Notes: generated by a model not told the origin, from the letters alone. A stretch of 64,000 nucleotides of DNA from Ignavibacteriota bacterium (GCA_963801355.1 CAWDEM010000004.1:384001-448000), one strand, 5' to 3'. Shown: positions 27,913-38,873, counted from the first letter of the stretch. Numbers and translations: made by a program.

Positions 27913-29589
27913 CTACTGGTGGAGTGCGAGCTGCAACCGCGGCGCGATGTCGACCGGGATCCCCTTGAGGCGATCCAGAGTCCGCTGCATGGGCGGACGT
28001 ATGACGGCGTATGTGTCGAGAAGGTCGCGGGCCTTGCCGTACTCTCCCTCCGCCTGGATGGTCATGATCAGGGCGGTCAGATTGCGGGCTGCCTTTTTGA
28101 TCTTCGTAAAATCGACACTGAAGGTTGCTGTCGTGCTGTCATAGACAAACGCGCCGTTGTCATTCAGATAGTTGAATTGCAGGGCCACGCCTCTGCCGTG
28201 TGCCTCGTGGATGCCGAAACGCACTGAACGGAACATGCCTGCGAGGTACGTGACATACATCTGCTGCTCTGCGGCCCGGTCAAGAACGCCCTTGTCGATC
28301 AGGAACTGCAGGGCGGAGAGTGCCGCAATATCGGCTTTGGCTTCTTCCAGCGCGGAGCCGAGTTCGCGCATCTCCTGGCGCACGGTAGTTTTCTTCCCGG
28401 CCACCGTGATGCGATGGGGCCCGAGACCGTGCATGAGCTCGTGGGCAAGGATCTGGGTAAAGAAAGGGTCGAAGGCGACCAGGGATCGCTGTGCCGGATC
28501 AAGCACAATGGCGGCAATGGGTGTCAGGATCGCCGTGAATTTTGCCTCCTGCACATTCTTCAGCATAACCCGCTTGCTCCCTTTCTCAGCGGTAATGCGC
28601 TCGTCGTTTGGTAAATTGTATGCCGCTGTCTGGATGCCGGAACGGGCCTCTCCACCGATTGCCACTTCGTCGACCACCGTGATTGGGGCCATCGCGCCGA
28701 GCTTCGGATTGCGGTATTTGGGAGCGATGGGCAGATTGTTCTCGATGTCCTGCAAATAACCTGAGAACTTCGCAAGCTTCGCGGTTTCCGCCTCATTCCT
28801 GAGTGAGATGTACGCTTCAAACGCCGCTTTGTAGTTGAAGAGCTTGTCCATGTACACCTCGTACGGGCCGAGGGTCACGTCGATCGGGCTATCGAGATCC
28901 ATCCATGCCACATCGCTGTCGTAGTAGTCGTTGCTGAGCAGTGCGTCTGCGCGTCCAGCGAGAAACCTGCGCAGACTCGCATTTTCGGTCTGTGCAGCTG
29001 CGGTCCGCAGCAGTCCTGCCAGGGGTGTAAGAAGCGCGGCATACTCCGTTGCATACGAGACAATGGTGAGTTCGCCGGCGCTGTTCCGCCGGATTGTGCT
29101 GAAGAAGCCCGTTGCCTCCTTTTGTCGTTCCGCCGGTAAGGAGGCGAGCCAGGTTGTGAATTCTTCCTTCGTCATATCGGCCGGGTAATAGTTAGCCCCG
29201 GGCGGCCGGAGAGCGGGGACGCCATCGACAAACGGCTCATCGCCGTCGAGAGATGACCAGGGAGACTGGTTGATACAAAAGTATTGAAGACGGAGTTTGC
29301 CCAGGGGGGAAGTATCCGCCTCCAGCCGGGCCAACAGGGCCTCATTCCCCTCCCACACCTGGCGCCGGTAGAGGGTGTCAATGTAGCGGGCAGCCGCCAC
29401 GAGTGTGATGAGGGCCCGGCGGTCGCCGGGTGCGAGTCGTGATGTGTCACCGGCAATTGTTGCGGGAGCGAACCGCTGTATCTTGGATTCGAGCGCAGTC
29501 AGGGCCGGGTCTCCGTCTTTGTGGGTGGAACAGGAGAGCAGGACTGTGCTGCAGAGAAGCACGTACAACGGAACGGCGGGCATATTCAT
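27913..29589 (-). CDS. Peptidase M49 / dipeptidyl-peptidase III family lipoprotein
   Basis: Lipobox-like LLSC, GPYEVY.D, AYNLPNDE, HELMHGLG, EEAKAD, FRSVRFG. Confidence 0.85.
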   Translation of the reverse strand: MNMPAVPLYVLLCSTVLLSCSTHKDGDPALTALESKIQRFAPATIAGDTSRLAPGDRRALITLVAAARYIDTLYRRQVWEGNEALLARLEADTSPLGKLRLQYFCINQSPWSSLDGDEPFVDGVPALRPPGANYYPADMTKEEFTTWLASLPAERQKEATGFFSTIRRNSAGELTIVSYATEYAALLTPLAGLLRTAAAQTENASLRRFLAGRADALLSNDYYDSDVAWMDLDSPIDVTLGPYEVYMDKLFNYKAAFEAYISLRNEAETAKLAKFSGYLQDIENNLPIAPKYRNPKLGAMAPITVVDEVAIGGEARSGIQTAAYNLPNDERITAEKGSKRVMLKNVQEAKFTAILTPIAAIVLDPAQRSLVAFDPFFTQILAHELMHGLGPHRITVAGKKTTVRQEMRELGSALEEAKADIAALSALQFLIDKGVLDRAAEQQMYVTYLAGMFRSVRFGIHEAHGRGVALQFNYLNDNGAFVYDSTTATFSVDFTKIKKAARNLTALIMTIQAEGEYGKARDLLDTYAVIRPPMQRTLDRLKGIPVDIAPRLQLALHQ

Positions 29590-30782
29590 AGTTCTGTTTC
29601 CTGATGCGGTGATGTCCGGGAGCGGAGCTCTTCGTTGATCTGGCGCATGACGGCGATAAGCGGGAGCTGAAGATTCTCGGCGATGCGCTTGCATTCTTCA
29701 TATTCCGCCGCGAGCAGAACCACGCCCTCCCGTTCTACCGCTTTGGCCAGAACGGGACCGAAGGATGTTTGCATCGTGACCTCCTGGCGGGGCAGCTTAC
29801 GGCGTCCGACAGTGTGAATGCGCAGTCCGATCGATGTGGTTTCGCGGAAGATGACCGTGATGGCCTCCTGCATGCGCGTCCTGCTGGTGAGCACCGAGAG
29901 CAGAATGCCCGGACGACCCTTCTTCATGATGATCGGGATGAGGTAGGCATCATGCGCACCTGTGGCGAGCAACCGCTCGATGAGATAGGGATGGACCTGC
30001 GGGTTCATATCGTCGATATTCGTTTCGATGACCACCGACTCATCCCGCTCGTACGGTTCGTCCATCGCACCGATCACGACACGCAGGAAATTGGGAAGTC
30101 CTTCGATTTCCCTTGTGCCCGCACCGTAACCGACGGCATGAATGCGGATTACCTCTTCGTCAAGTGTCCCCGCGGACAACGCTTTGATGATTGCCGCGCC
30201 GGTGGGAGTCGTGAGCTCCGCATTGATTGCGGTGAGCTGGACCGGATAGCCTTTCAACAGCTCGGCGGTGGCCGGGGCGGGGATAGGCATCGTGCCGTGC
30301 TGTGTCGCGATAGTGCCGGCGCTCCCCAGGCGGACGGGCGAGGAGTACACGCGTTCGACGCCAAAGTGTTCAAGGCAGATGGCCGTGCCGACAATATCCA
30401 CGATGGAGTCCAGTGCACCCACCTCGTGAAAATGCACACTCTGGACGGAGGTGTTGTGCACAGCTGCTTCTGCTTCGGCGAGAACGGTAAAGATGCGCGC
30501 GGCGCGGTCGCGGATGGAGCTGCTCAGGGAACTCCTGTCAAGGATCCCGAGAATGTCCGCGAGATGCCGGTGGTAGTGGGGCTGATGAGTCACCACCACA
30601 TCGACATGCACCGCGTCAATCGAGCTGCGGCGCACATGTTCGGCGCTCAGGGTGAAGCCGTCGAGGGGGAGCTTGCGGAGTTCCCCGGCGAGGTCATCGA
30701 GGGGATACCCGGCTGCGATGAAGCCGGCGAGCGTCATATCGCCGGCGATGCCGGCAATGGTGTCGAAATAGACAATATTCAT
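29586..30782 (-). CDS. larC: Nickel pincer cofactor biosynthesis protein LarC
   Basis: GIAGDM, AEAAVH...VHFHEVGALDSIVDIVG, HG.MPIPAPAT, TPTGAA, ETNIDD, MKKGRPG, EYEEC. Confidence 0.92.
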   Translation of the reverse strand: MNIVYFDTIAGIAGDMTLAGFIAAGYPLDDLAGELRKLPLDGFTLSAEHVRRSSIDAVHVDVVVTHQPHYHRHLADILGILDRSSLSSSIRDRAARIFTVLAEAEAAVHNTSVQSVHFHEVGALDSIVDIVGTAICLEHFGVERVYSSPVRLGSAGTIATQHGTMPIPAPATAELLKGYPVQLTAINAELTTPTGAAIIKALSAGTLDEEVIRIHAVGYGAGTREIEGLPNFLRVVIGAMDEPYERDESVVIETNIDDMNPQVHPYLIERLLATGAHDAYLIPIIMKKGRPGILLSVLTSRTRMQEAITVIFRETTSIGLRIHTVGRRKLPRQEVTMQTSFGPVLAKAVEREGVVLLAAEYEECKRIAENLQLPLIAVMRQINEELRSRTSPHQETEL

Positions 30783-32077
30783 GCGCGTTTCTCCGGAAAT
30801 GTGGGGCGGAGATACGGTTTAAGACGTGCACAGATGCGTTCCGTGGCCCCCAGATTTGACTGCACAAAGGCCGAAGCCCGGTTGCCGGCTGTTATGCGTG
30901 CCGTGTCGTCTTCCAGCAGGTTCGTGAGCGTACGTTCGAGATCCATGGCATCATTGACAACGAAGGCGCCGCCGCGCTCCACCAGTTGCAGCGGCTCATG
31001 TGAATTGCGATGCCGTGGCCCGAACACAACGGGGATGCCATACACCGCAGCCTCAAGCACGTTATGGATTCCCTGCCGGAAACTTCCGCCCACGTACGCA
31101 AGATGGGCCGAGGCGTAGAGGACCAGGAGTATGCCGACACTGTCCACAATAATAACTTCTTCCCCGCCGTATTCGTTCAGTGCGGAGAATCGGATGGACC
31201 GGACGTGTCCCTCCATCTGCCGCTCGAGATCCTCAAGATGATCAACCGTGGGCTCGTGGGGAACGAGTATAAGCAGGAGGTCGGAAATGTGCTGGCGCAT
31301 CTTCAGGAGGGCGGGAAGCAGAACTTCTTCGTCCTCCGGCCATGTGCTGCCTGCCACGATCACTCGTTTCCCCCGGAGAATCGCAGGCGGAATGATGCTT
31401 CGCTTACGGGCTTCGGCGCTGCGCGTAGCCACCTGATCATACCGCGTATCCCCGATGGCTTCGAGGACAGGCCGGGTCATCCCGAGCGAACGGAACACTT
31501 CCAGATCCGAGGATGACACGGTGAGAATGCGGTCAATAGCATCGTAGACGTTGCGGTGGAAAGGTTTCAACAAGGGAAGCCTGCGCGGCGTGCTCCGGCG
31601 CATGGTTGCATTGGCGATGATGACCGGAATCTTTCGACGCTGCAATTCCCAGATGTGGTTTGGCCAGATATCGTAACGCACCATCACTGCAACCGTGGGC
31701 CGGACGAGCTCGAGGAATCGCCGGGCATTCCTCCGGGAATCGAATGGGATATAGCCGATGACATCCGCATGGGGGTAGGTGCGGGAGTGCTCATAGCCCG
31801 AAGGGGAGAAGAATGTGACGATAATCTTGAGTTCCGGGATATGTCGCCGGAGGGCCGTGATGATCGGCTTGGCCTGTTCGAACTCTCCCATGGACGAGGA
31901 ATGCACCCAGAGGCGGGGTCCGGTCCCGAGACCCGCAGTGGCCGCCGCCAGCGTGTCAAAGAGTCCGCGGCGCCCCCGGATGGCCTTACGAACCTTGCGT
32001 TTGAACAATGCAAGGATGCGCACCGCAAGCCAGAACAGCGGAATGAAGAGAGCGCTATAAAGAAACTTCCAGATCAT
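30779..32077 (-). CDS. waaA: 3-deoxy-D-manno-octulosonic acid transferase
   Basis: WVHSSSMGEFEQ, TFFSPSG, GDTRYD, AGSTW, HNVLEAA..G.PVVFGP. Confidence 0.92.
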   Translation of the reverse strand: MIWKFLYSALFIPLFWLAVRILALFKRKVRKAIRGRRGLFDTLAAATAGLGTGPRLWVHSSSMGEFEQAKPIITALRRHIPELKIIVTFFSPSGYEHSRTYPHADVIGYIPFDSRRNARRFLELVRPTVAVMVRYDIWPNHIWELQRRKIPVIIANATMRRSTPRRLPLLKPFHRNVYDAIDRILTVSSSDLEVFRSLGMTRPVLEAIGDTRYDQVATRSAEARKRSIIPPAILRGKRVIVAGSTWPEDEEVLLPALLKMRQHISDLLLILVPHEPTVDHLEDLERQMEGHVRSIRFSALNEYGGEEVIIVDSVGILLVLYASAHLAYVGGSFRQGIHNVLEAAVYGIPVVFGPRHRNSHEPLQLVERGGAFVVNDAMDLERTLTNLLEDDTARITAGNRASAFVQSNLGATERICARLKPYLRPTFPEKRA

Positions 32078-33144
32078 GAATACGTTGCCTCGCGGGAAAG
32101 GAGCTCGTCGGTTGCGCGGACGAGTTGGTCGACGGTGATATCCTTCATGCAGCGAAAATGGCCGCGGGGGCACCGGTCGCGCCCGATGTGCGTGCACGGG
32201 CGGCATCGCAGGCCGTCGGTCTCGATGACCCGGGCATCGGTGCCGAAAGGAAAAAATCCAAACTGTCGGACCGTGGATCCAAACAGAGCAGCAACTTTCC
32301 GCTTCCGTGCTGCGGCGATATGCATCAACCCCGAATCGTTCGAAATCACCAGCGCGCAGGCATCCATTGCCGCGGCGGTCTCGAGCAGGGTGAGTTCTCC
32401 CGCCAGCACAACGACAGGCACGCCGGGGGACTGTTCACGGATTGTCGCAGCAATAGCGTCACAGCGCGCACGCTCTCCGGCACTGCCGAACAGCAACACG
32501 GGCAATCCATGGGACATTCCCAGGATGCCGGCGGCGGCGGCGAATCGTTCGGGAAGCCACATCTTGGTCGCGTGCCGTGCGGACGGGCAAATGCCCAGGG
32601 CTGGTCGTGCCGGACTGATGCCGTGTTCGCGCAACCTGTGAGCGGTACGGTTCCGCACATCCTCCGGTATAAAAATCTCCAGACCCGCCCCGTCATCGAC
32701 CACACCGAACGGTGACACCGGCTCGCAGTAACGCCGGGCGACACCCGGCGCTCCCCCGCAACGCGCATACAGGTCCAGCTTGCAGCATACCAGCACCGAT
32801 CGCGCAAACCTGCGCTTCCGAATTCGCACGACATGCGGTGCACCCAGGCAGAGCACTCTGCTGCGAAGACTGTCGTGGATATCGATCAGGAGGTCATAGC
32901 CGGATTCCCCGATGTTCTGTCGGAGGCGGCGAAGGTCGGCCAGAGTGCCGTGCGACGGGAACACTCGCGTCTGTGAAATGTGAGGATTGTAGCGGACAAG
33001 GTCCGCATACTCCTCCTTCACCAGATACTCGATCTGACACTGCGGGAACCGGGAGTGAAGCACACGGATCAGCAGGGACGAGAGAACAATGTCGCCGACG
33101 GAACTTAACCGGACGATGAGTGTTTTATTCAGTATACGCTCCAT
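32074..33144 (-). CDS. waaF: LPS heptosyltransferase, GT9 family
   Basis: IVRLSSVGDIVL, TKMW, SNDSGLMHIAAA, ALFGST, CRPC. Confidence 0.8.
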   Translation of the reverse strand: MERILNKTLIVRLSSVGDIVLSSLLIRVLHSRFPQCQIEYLVKEEYADLVRYNPHISQTRVFPSHGTLADLRRLRQNIGESGYDLLIDIHDSLRSRVLCLGAPHVVRIRKRRFARSVLVCCKLDLYARCGGAPGVARRYCEPVSPFGVVDDGAGLEIFIPEDVRNRTAHRLREHGISPARPALGICPSARHATKMWLPERFAAAAGILGMSHGLPVLLFGSAGERARCDAIAATIREQSPGVPVVVLAGELTLLETAAAMDACALVISNDSGLMHIAAARKRKVAALFGSTVRQFGFFPFGTDARVIETDGLRCRPCTHIGRDRCPRGHFRCMKDITVDQLVRATDELLSREATYS

Positions 33145-33223
33145 GCCGGTTGCGCGGTATGGTACCAAATTTCCCCAGCAATTGCAACGAACGGCACAGG
33201 GCTGTTCGAGGAGGTGTTACGCG

Positions 33224-34732
33224 ATGCATCGTCCGGCCACGGTGGGTGAACTCCGCACGAGCGGATACGTCGTTCGTCCGGTGAAAGATGAGCTCAGGGA
33301 GAATCTGATCGCCCGGCTCCGGCACAGTGAGCCGCTGTTTCCGGGGATCATCGGCTACGATCAGACCGTCATTCCCGCGCTCGTCAACGCCATCCTCGCA
33401 CGTCATGACATCATTCTTCTTGGATTGCGCGGACAAGCGAAAACCCGCATCGTCCGGCAGCTGCACATGCTCCTCGACGAGTATGTGCCGGTCATCGCCG
33501 GGAGCGAGATCAACGACAATCCGTACGCTCCCGTGAGCAGGTACGCGGTCGATCTCGTGCGGGAGAAGGGTGACAACACTCCGGTTGAATGGCTGCATCG
33601 GAGCCAGCGTTACGGCGAGAAGCTGGCGACACCGGACGTGACCATTGCCGACCTCATCGGGGACATTGATCCGATCAAAGCCGCGACGCAGCGGCTCCAC
33701 TATGCCCACGAGGGCGCAATCCATTTCGGCATCATTCCGCGCACGAACCGCGGTATCTTTGCGATCAATGAGCTTCCGGATCTCCAGCCACGGATCCAGG
33801 TCGGACTCTTCAACATCCTTGAAGAGAAGGATATACAGATCCGGGGCTTCAACATCCGCATCCCGATGGATATCATGCTCGTGTTCACCGCGAATCCCGA
33901 GGACTACACGAACCGGGGCAATATCATCACGCCGCTCAAAGACCGGATCGATTCGCAGATCATGACGCACTATCCGCGCTCGCTCGATGACGCCATCCGG
34001 ATCACCGAACAGGAAGCGCATGTGGCACGCAACGGCAAAGAGATCCGCATCCCCAGGTTCTTCAAGGAGATCGTGGAGCATGTGGCCCTCGAGGCGCGGA
34101 CCAGCGAATTTGTCGACCAGAAATCCGGTGTGAGCGCGCGGCTGACCATCTCCGCAATGGAAAATCTCGTGAGCAACGCAGAGCGCCGCGCAATCATCAC
34201 AGGGGATCCGGTGGTGATCCCCCGGCTGTGTGACCTTCCCCATATCCTTCCGGGCGTCACCGGGAAGATCGAGCTGGTGTTTGAGGGGGAACAGGAAGGG
34301 AGTGTGAAGGTCGGCCGGGCGCTCATCGGAAAGGCCGTCCGTGAGACGTTCAAGCGGCACTTCCCGGATCCGCTGCGGAAACCACCGAGGCAGAAGGGCG
34401 AACAACCCGGCCACCGCATCGCGGACGAGACGGGGTACGCCGCCATCATCTCATGGTTCGAAGGCGGCAACGCGGTCGAAATCACTGATGACATGCCGTG
34501 TGCGGCCTACCGGCGCGAGCTCGAAAAGGTCCGCGGCCTCCGCGAGGTTGCACTGCGCTGCATGCCGGAGGCTGAACCCAAGTATGAACTCCCGGTTGTC
34601 ATGGAGCTGATCCTTGACGGTCTGCATCAGAACTCCAAAATTGCAAAGGACGAGGTCGACCACCACACATCGTACAAAGACATGATCGGGAGCATCTTTC
34701 CCGCAAACGCAAGGATCAACGAAGAGGACTGA
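33224..34732 (+). CDS. Magnesium-chelatase-subunit-I-like AAA+ ATPase
   Basis: GLRGQAKT, EKLATPD, INELPDL, TANPEDYTNRG.IITPLKDR, SGVSAR. Confidence 0.85.
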   Translation: MHRPATVGELRTSGYVVRPVKDELRENLIARLRHSEPLFPGIIGYDQTVIPALVNAILARHDIILLGLRGQAKTRIVRQLHMLLDEYVPVIAGSEINDNPYAPVSRYAVDLVREKGDNTPVEWLHRSQRYGEKLATPDVTIADLIGDIDPIKAATQRLHYAHEGAIHFGIIPRTNRGIFAINELPDLQPRIQVGLFNILEEKDIQIRGFNIRIPMDIMLVFTANPEDYTNRGNIITPLKDRIDSQIMTHYPRSLDDAIRITEQEAHVARNGKEIRIPRFFKEIVEHVALEARTSEFVDQKSGVSARLTISAMENLVSNAERRAIITGDPVVIPRLCDLPHILPGVTGKIELVFEGEQEGSVKVGRALIGKAVRETFKRHFPDPLRKPPRQKGEQPGHRIADETGYAAIISWFEGGNAVEITDDMPCAAYRRELEKVRGLREVALRCMPEAEPKYELPVVMELILDGLHQNSKIAKDEVDHHTSYKDMIGSIFPANARINEED

Positions 34733-34796
34733 CCATGGAGCGTGAAGCACACTCATCCGGAATGGTGGAACCGCTGGCACAGCTGGGTCCGGATCA

Positions 34797-35894
34797 ATGA
34801 GATTCAGATATGCACAGTGGCAGGAAGATTCCTCCACGGATGAGTCACGATTGCAGAAGCTCGTATCGCTGTTCAGCTATCTGGTGACGCAAACCAGCGG
34901 TGATGTCGGTGAGGCCCTGGATTGGTTGCGGCAGGTCGCGGAGGAGTACGGGCTGTTTGATGATGATCTGTCAATGGATGACCTCATCGACAAGCTCCGT
35001 GAGATGGGGCTCATTGCCGACACACGGTCGGGCATGCAGCTGACCCCTGCGGGAGTGAAGCGCATCCGGCAGGATGCACTCAATGAAATCTTCACGTCCC
35101 TCCGGCACTCCCCGGCCGGCACGCACGATACCCGCGTGACGGGTGCAGGAACCGACCGTGTGAGCGAGACGAAGAAATTCACCTTTGGCGATCAGCCGAC
35201 CAACATCGACCTGACCACGACATTGTCCAATGCCTTCCGGCGCAATGGGATTGACGAGTTCATGCTGGAGGAAGAGGATCTCGAAGTGTATGAGACCGAG
35301 TACCAGGCCCAGTGTGCAACAGTCCTGATGCTCGACATCAGTCACAGTATGATTCTGTACGGTGAGGATCGCATCACGCCTGCCAAACGTGTCGCTCTCG
35401 CTCTGTCCGAATTGATTACGACCCGCTTCCCCCGGGATTACCTTGCCCTGATAGCCTTCGGCGACGAAGCGCAGGTGCTGAGCCTTGCGGAGTTGCCGTT
35501 TCTGACCGTGGGTCCGTTCCACACAAACACCCGTGCCGGCCTGCAGCTTGCGCGGAATCTCTTGCGTCGGCGCGTCGGCGAGAACAAACAGATATTCATG
35601 ATCACGGACGGCAAACCCTCTGCGATCACGCTTCCCACCGGGAAGCTCTTCAAGAATGCGTTTGGCCTTGATCCAAAAATCGTGAACAAGACTCTAGACG
35701 AAGCCGTCGCATGCAGGCGTGAAAAGATTCCCATCACGACCTTTATGGTGGCGCAGGACCCGCTGCTGGTCAACTTTGTTGAAGAACTCGCGAAGGCCAA
35801 CCACGGCCGGGCGTATTTTTCGTCGACCGGGAACCTTGCGGAGTGTGTGTTTGTGGACTATATCCGGAACAGAAAGAAACGTTTCACCGGGTAA
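34797..35894 (+). CDS. VWA-domain protein (partner of the AAA+ ATPase)
   Basis: MIDAS DISHSM, TNT, ITDGKPS. Confidence 0.85.
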   Translation: MRFRYAQWQEDSSTDESRLQKLVSLFSYLVTQTSGDVGEALDWLRQVAEEYGLFDDDLSMDDLIDKLREMGLIADTRSGMQLTPAGVKRIRQDALNEIFTSLRHSPAGTHDTRVTGAGTDRVSETKKFTFGDQPTNIDLTTTLSNAFRRNGIDEFMLEEEDLEVYETEYQAQCATVLMLDISHSMILYGEDRITPAKRVALALSELITTRFPRDYLALIAFGDEAQVLSLAELPFLTVGPFHTNTRAGLQLARNLLRRRVGENKQIFMITDGKPSAITLPTGKLFKNAFGLDPKIVNKTLDEAVACRREKIPITTFMVAQDPLLVNFVEELAKANHGRAYFSSTGNLAECVFVDYIRNRKKRFTG

Positions 35895-37548
35895 GCGCCT
35901 CCACCAGGACCCGTCCCTGCCGGCCGGGAGTAAATCCGGCGCCCGTGAGTGCGGAGAGCGTCGGTGCGATGTCGGCGGGCGACGCCTCTGCCGCATAGAC
36001 CCCTCTCCTGACTCCCGGACCCATGAACAACAGCGGTACATGAGCATCGAATTCGTACGGCCGCCCGTGTGACGCACCCTCGTCGTGTCCTGCATCGCTG
36101 CGAAGCGGCGTAAAGAAAAACATCACATCACCGCTTCGTGTACGGGAGTAGCTGTTCTTCGCGCGTGTTTCGAGGGAAGTGAACGGGACCAGGTGCTCCA
36201 TCTCTTCCCGGGTATACGCCGCTGCGACGCCGTCGAACCCCTTGAGTACACGCGTGATCAGGAGCGCTGCCTGCTCCACGCCAATGTCGCGACCGGCAAG
36301 AGCTGTTCTGGAAAACGTCACGCTGTTGTTGTACTTCGCGTCGATCCACGGCGTTCCTCCGGGCGGGGCGCCGTATGTCGCCGTGAGTGAGCTTTCGCAG
36401 GCTGCAATTACTGCAGCGCCTGACAGACGCCGCATAATGTCACGTCCTGAGGCGGAAGCGAGATACCCGGGAACGGGGCTGACTCCATGGTCGCTGCTCA
36501 GGGTGATGAGACAATGTGCAAGTCCAACCTCCCTGTCGAGAAACCGGAGGAATTCACCGATGATGCGGTCCATCTGCACCAGCATCTCCAGTATCTCCCA
36601 GCTGTGCGGTCCGAACGCGTGACCGACGTAATCGGCGCTGGAAAAACTGACGCACAACAGATCGGTGACACCCCGTTGACCGAGTTTTTCCCCGCGGACC
36701 GCCTCCCGGGCGAGGCCGGCAAGGGCCTCGCTTCCGTAGGGGCTTGTCAATAGGGCCGAATAATACGACGGGGTGCGCCGCGTGGTGTCGCTTCCGGTGA
36801 TACGATGGGGGAATGTGGTCCCCATGCCGTTGCCGCCGTCTTCATAGGGTGCATCATCCTTGTCCATTGCGCGGAAAGCGGAGAGCGGAAGAGAGCGTTT
36901 CCAGACCCGCCCGAAAAAGCCGTTGACAATGCCGGAAGCGTTAAAGCGGCGTGCCCAGGCGGGGAGATCCGTGCCGTAGTAGGACGACGTGACAAATGCG
37001 GAGTCGCGCATCCAGAGAGCTGCATTGGCGTATTTTCCCCCGAGAAGGATGGCCGCGCGATCCTTGTTGGAAAGCGAAATCACCTTGCCCTGAAATCCCG
37101 TGCTGATCCGGAGCTGGTCGCCGAATGTCAGCGTCTGGAGGTTCGCGGGTGACCTCCCCTGTCCCTGTCCCCCGATGATTGTTGTTGTCGTATCCGCGAC
37201 GCAATAAACCGTACGCCCGGCCAGGTTGTCCCACCAGGAGTTGCCCACTATTCCGTTGACGCGGCCATAGGCACCGGTTGACAGCACGGCATGGCCGGGA
37301 CCGGTCGATGTGTTTGCATGTGCAAACACCACATTGGTGAATAACGCACCGTTGTTCATCAACCGGACGAACCCATCGGAACCGAAGTGTTGACGGAATC
37401 GCGGCATGAAATCATAAGGAAGTTGGTCAAGAACGATGAACACGACGAGACGAGGGGCGGATGATTGCGGCGTACCCGCGGGGGAAGCCATTGCGAGAAT
37501 CAGAAGCTGAAGCAACAGAAGAAGTCCCCGATGACAGAGCCTGGTCAT
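35884..37548 (-). CDS. Alkaline phosphatase superfamily protein (PafA-like)
   Basis: IVLDQL, TSTGPGHA..STG, KDRAAI, DYVGH.FGP, SSDHG, HG.PY.FD.HVP. Confidence 0.9.
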   Translation of the reverse strand: MTRLCHRGLLLLLQLLILAMASPAGTPQSSAPRLVVFIVLDQLPYDFMPRFRQHFGSDGFVRLMNNGALFTNVVFAHANTSTGPGHAVLSTGAYGRVNGIVGNSWWDNLAGRTVYCVADTTTTIIGGQGQGRSPANLQTLTFGDQLRISTGFQGKVISLSNKDRAAILLGGKYANAALWMRDSAFVTSSYYGTDLPAWARRFNASGIVNGFFGRVWKRSLPLSAFRAMDKDDAPYEDGGNGMGTTFPHRITGSDTTRRTPSYYSALLTSPYGSEALAGLAREAVRGEKLGQRGVTDLLCVSFSSADYVGHAFGPHSWEILEMLVQMDRIIGEFLRFLDREVGLAHCLITLSSDHGVSPVPGYLASASGRDIMRRLSGAAVIAACESSLTATYGAPPGGTPWIDAKYNNSVTFSRTALAGRDIGVEQAALLITRVLKGFDGVAAAYTREEMEHLVPFTSLETRAKNSYSRTRSGDVMFFFTPLRSDAGHDEGASHGRPYEFDAHVPLLFMGPGVRRGVYAAEASPADIAPTLSALTGAGFTPGRQGRVLVEALTR

Positions 37549-37659
37549 GATGTTCTCCGGAAGGAAGTCAATAAGACAAAATATCCTCAAGATGGAGAGC
37601 CAATGTCAAGTAGAAAGTGGTCACTTGAATCTCAGGGGAATATTCTGCACTTTGGCATC

Positions 37660-38412
37660 ATGCTCCTCATTCTCCCCGCAATTGACATCAAGGGTGGTCG
37701 CGTCGTTCAGATGGTGCAAGGAGTTGAAGGCTTTGCCTATTCGGATGACGCCGTCGAAATGGCGCGTCTGTGCAGGCTGGAAAATGCCAAGACGTTGCAC
37801 ATCACCGATATTGATGGTGCGTTGACCGGCCGGCCGGTCAACACCGACACCATCCGCCGGATGATCGCAAGTGTGGATATTCCGCTGTCCATCGGAGGTG
37901 GATTCCGGACATTTGATGATGTCCGTGATGCCTTTGACCAGGGCGCATACAGGGTGCGTCTTGCCACGATGATGATCGAGAATCCGGACGAAACCAGGCG
38001 CGTGCTTGACACCTACGGTCCCAGCAAGGTGATTCTCAATATTGATGCAATGGATGGCATTGCGGCAATGCGTGGCTGGTCTGAATCGTCCGGGCTGCCG
38101 GCCCTGACGGTCGCCCTCAACGCCAAAGCGCTGGGGTTCCGGCGTCTCGTGTACACGGATATACACCTCGATGGCACGCTCGGCGGGGTTAATCTCGAAA
38201 TGCTCCGGGAGCTCGCGGAGAAAACGGGTATGCGTGTGACGTCCGCCGGAGGTGTCGGCGGCCTTGAGGATCTTTTGAAAATCCAGGAACTGGAGTCTTT
38301 TGGGGTGGATTCCGTTGTCGTCGGCCGCGCCCTGTATCAGAATAAATTCTCCTGCCAGGCGCTCTGGCGCGTTTGCGAGGCGTACAATTATCCCTATACA
38401 GCACGTGTGTGA
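37660..38412 (+). CDS. hisA: ProFAR isomerase HisA (or HisA-family protein)
   Basis: PAIDIKGGRVV, HITDIDGA, GGGFR, YTDI..DGTL.G, SAGGV, VGRALY. Confidence 0.82.
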   Translation: MLLILPAIDIKGGRVVQMVQGVEGFAYSDDAVEMARLCRLENAKTLHITDIDGALTGRPVNTDTIRRMIASVDIPLSIGGGFRTFDDVRDAFDQGAYRVRLATMMIENPDETRRVLDTYGPSKVILNIDAMDGIAAMRGWSESSGLPALTVALNAKALGFRRLVYTDIHLDGTLGGVNLEMLRELAEKTGMRVTSAGGVGGLEDLLKIQELESFGVDSVVVGRALYQNKFSCQALWRVCEAYNYPYTARV

Positions 38413-38414
38413 CC

Positions 38415-38873
38415 ATGAACAAAGTCGCCATACTCATCGGCAGCAAATCTGACGAAGACGTGATGAAAGGGTGCACGGAGTATCTCACGCGGTTCGGAAT
38501 CCCGTACGAACTGAAGGTGCTTTCCGCGCACCGCAATCCCGATGCGGCCGCAGCGTTCGTGAAGGAAGCACCAACGGCAGGATTTACGCTGTTCATAGCC
38601 GCTGCCGGCATGGCCGCGCACCTTCCCGGGTTTGTCGCCGCATTGACGACGTTGCCGGTGATCGGCGTACCCCTGGCAGGTTCAGAGTTGCACGGTGTGG
38701 ACGCGCTGTATTCCATCGTCCAGATGCCGGCGGGGATCCCTGTTGCCACGGTTGCCGTGGGATCGGCAGGGGCGAAGAATGCAGCTGTGCTCGCTGCGGA
38801 GATCCTTGCACTCCACGATGATGACCTGGCTACGAAGCTTCGAGATTTCCGCGCCCATGGCGCGAAATTCTGA
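38415..38873 (+). CDS. purE: N5-CAIR mutase
   Basis: GSKSD, SAHRNP, AGMAAHLPG, PVIGVP, VQMPAGIPVATV. Confidence 0.96.
   Translation: MNKVAILIGSKSDEDVMKGCTEYLTRFGIPYELKVLSAHRNPDAAAAFVKEAPTAGFTLFIAAAGMAAHLPGFVAALTTLPVIGVPLAGSELHGVDALYSIVQMPAGIPVATVAVGSAGAKNAAVLAAEILALHDDDLATKLRDFRAHGAKF

Noticed and set aside
33224-35894. AAA+ ATPase / VWA pair as a novel system
   Set aside because: Widespread chelatase-like AAA+/VWA pairing; nothing unusual seen here.
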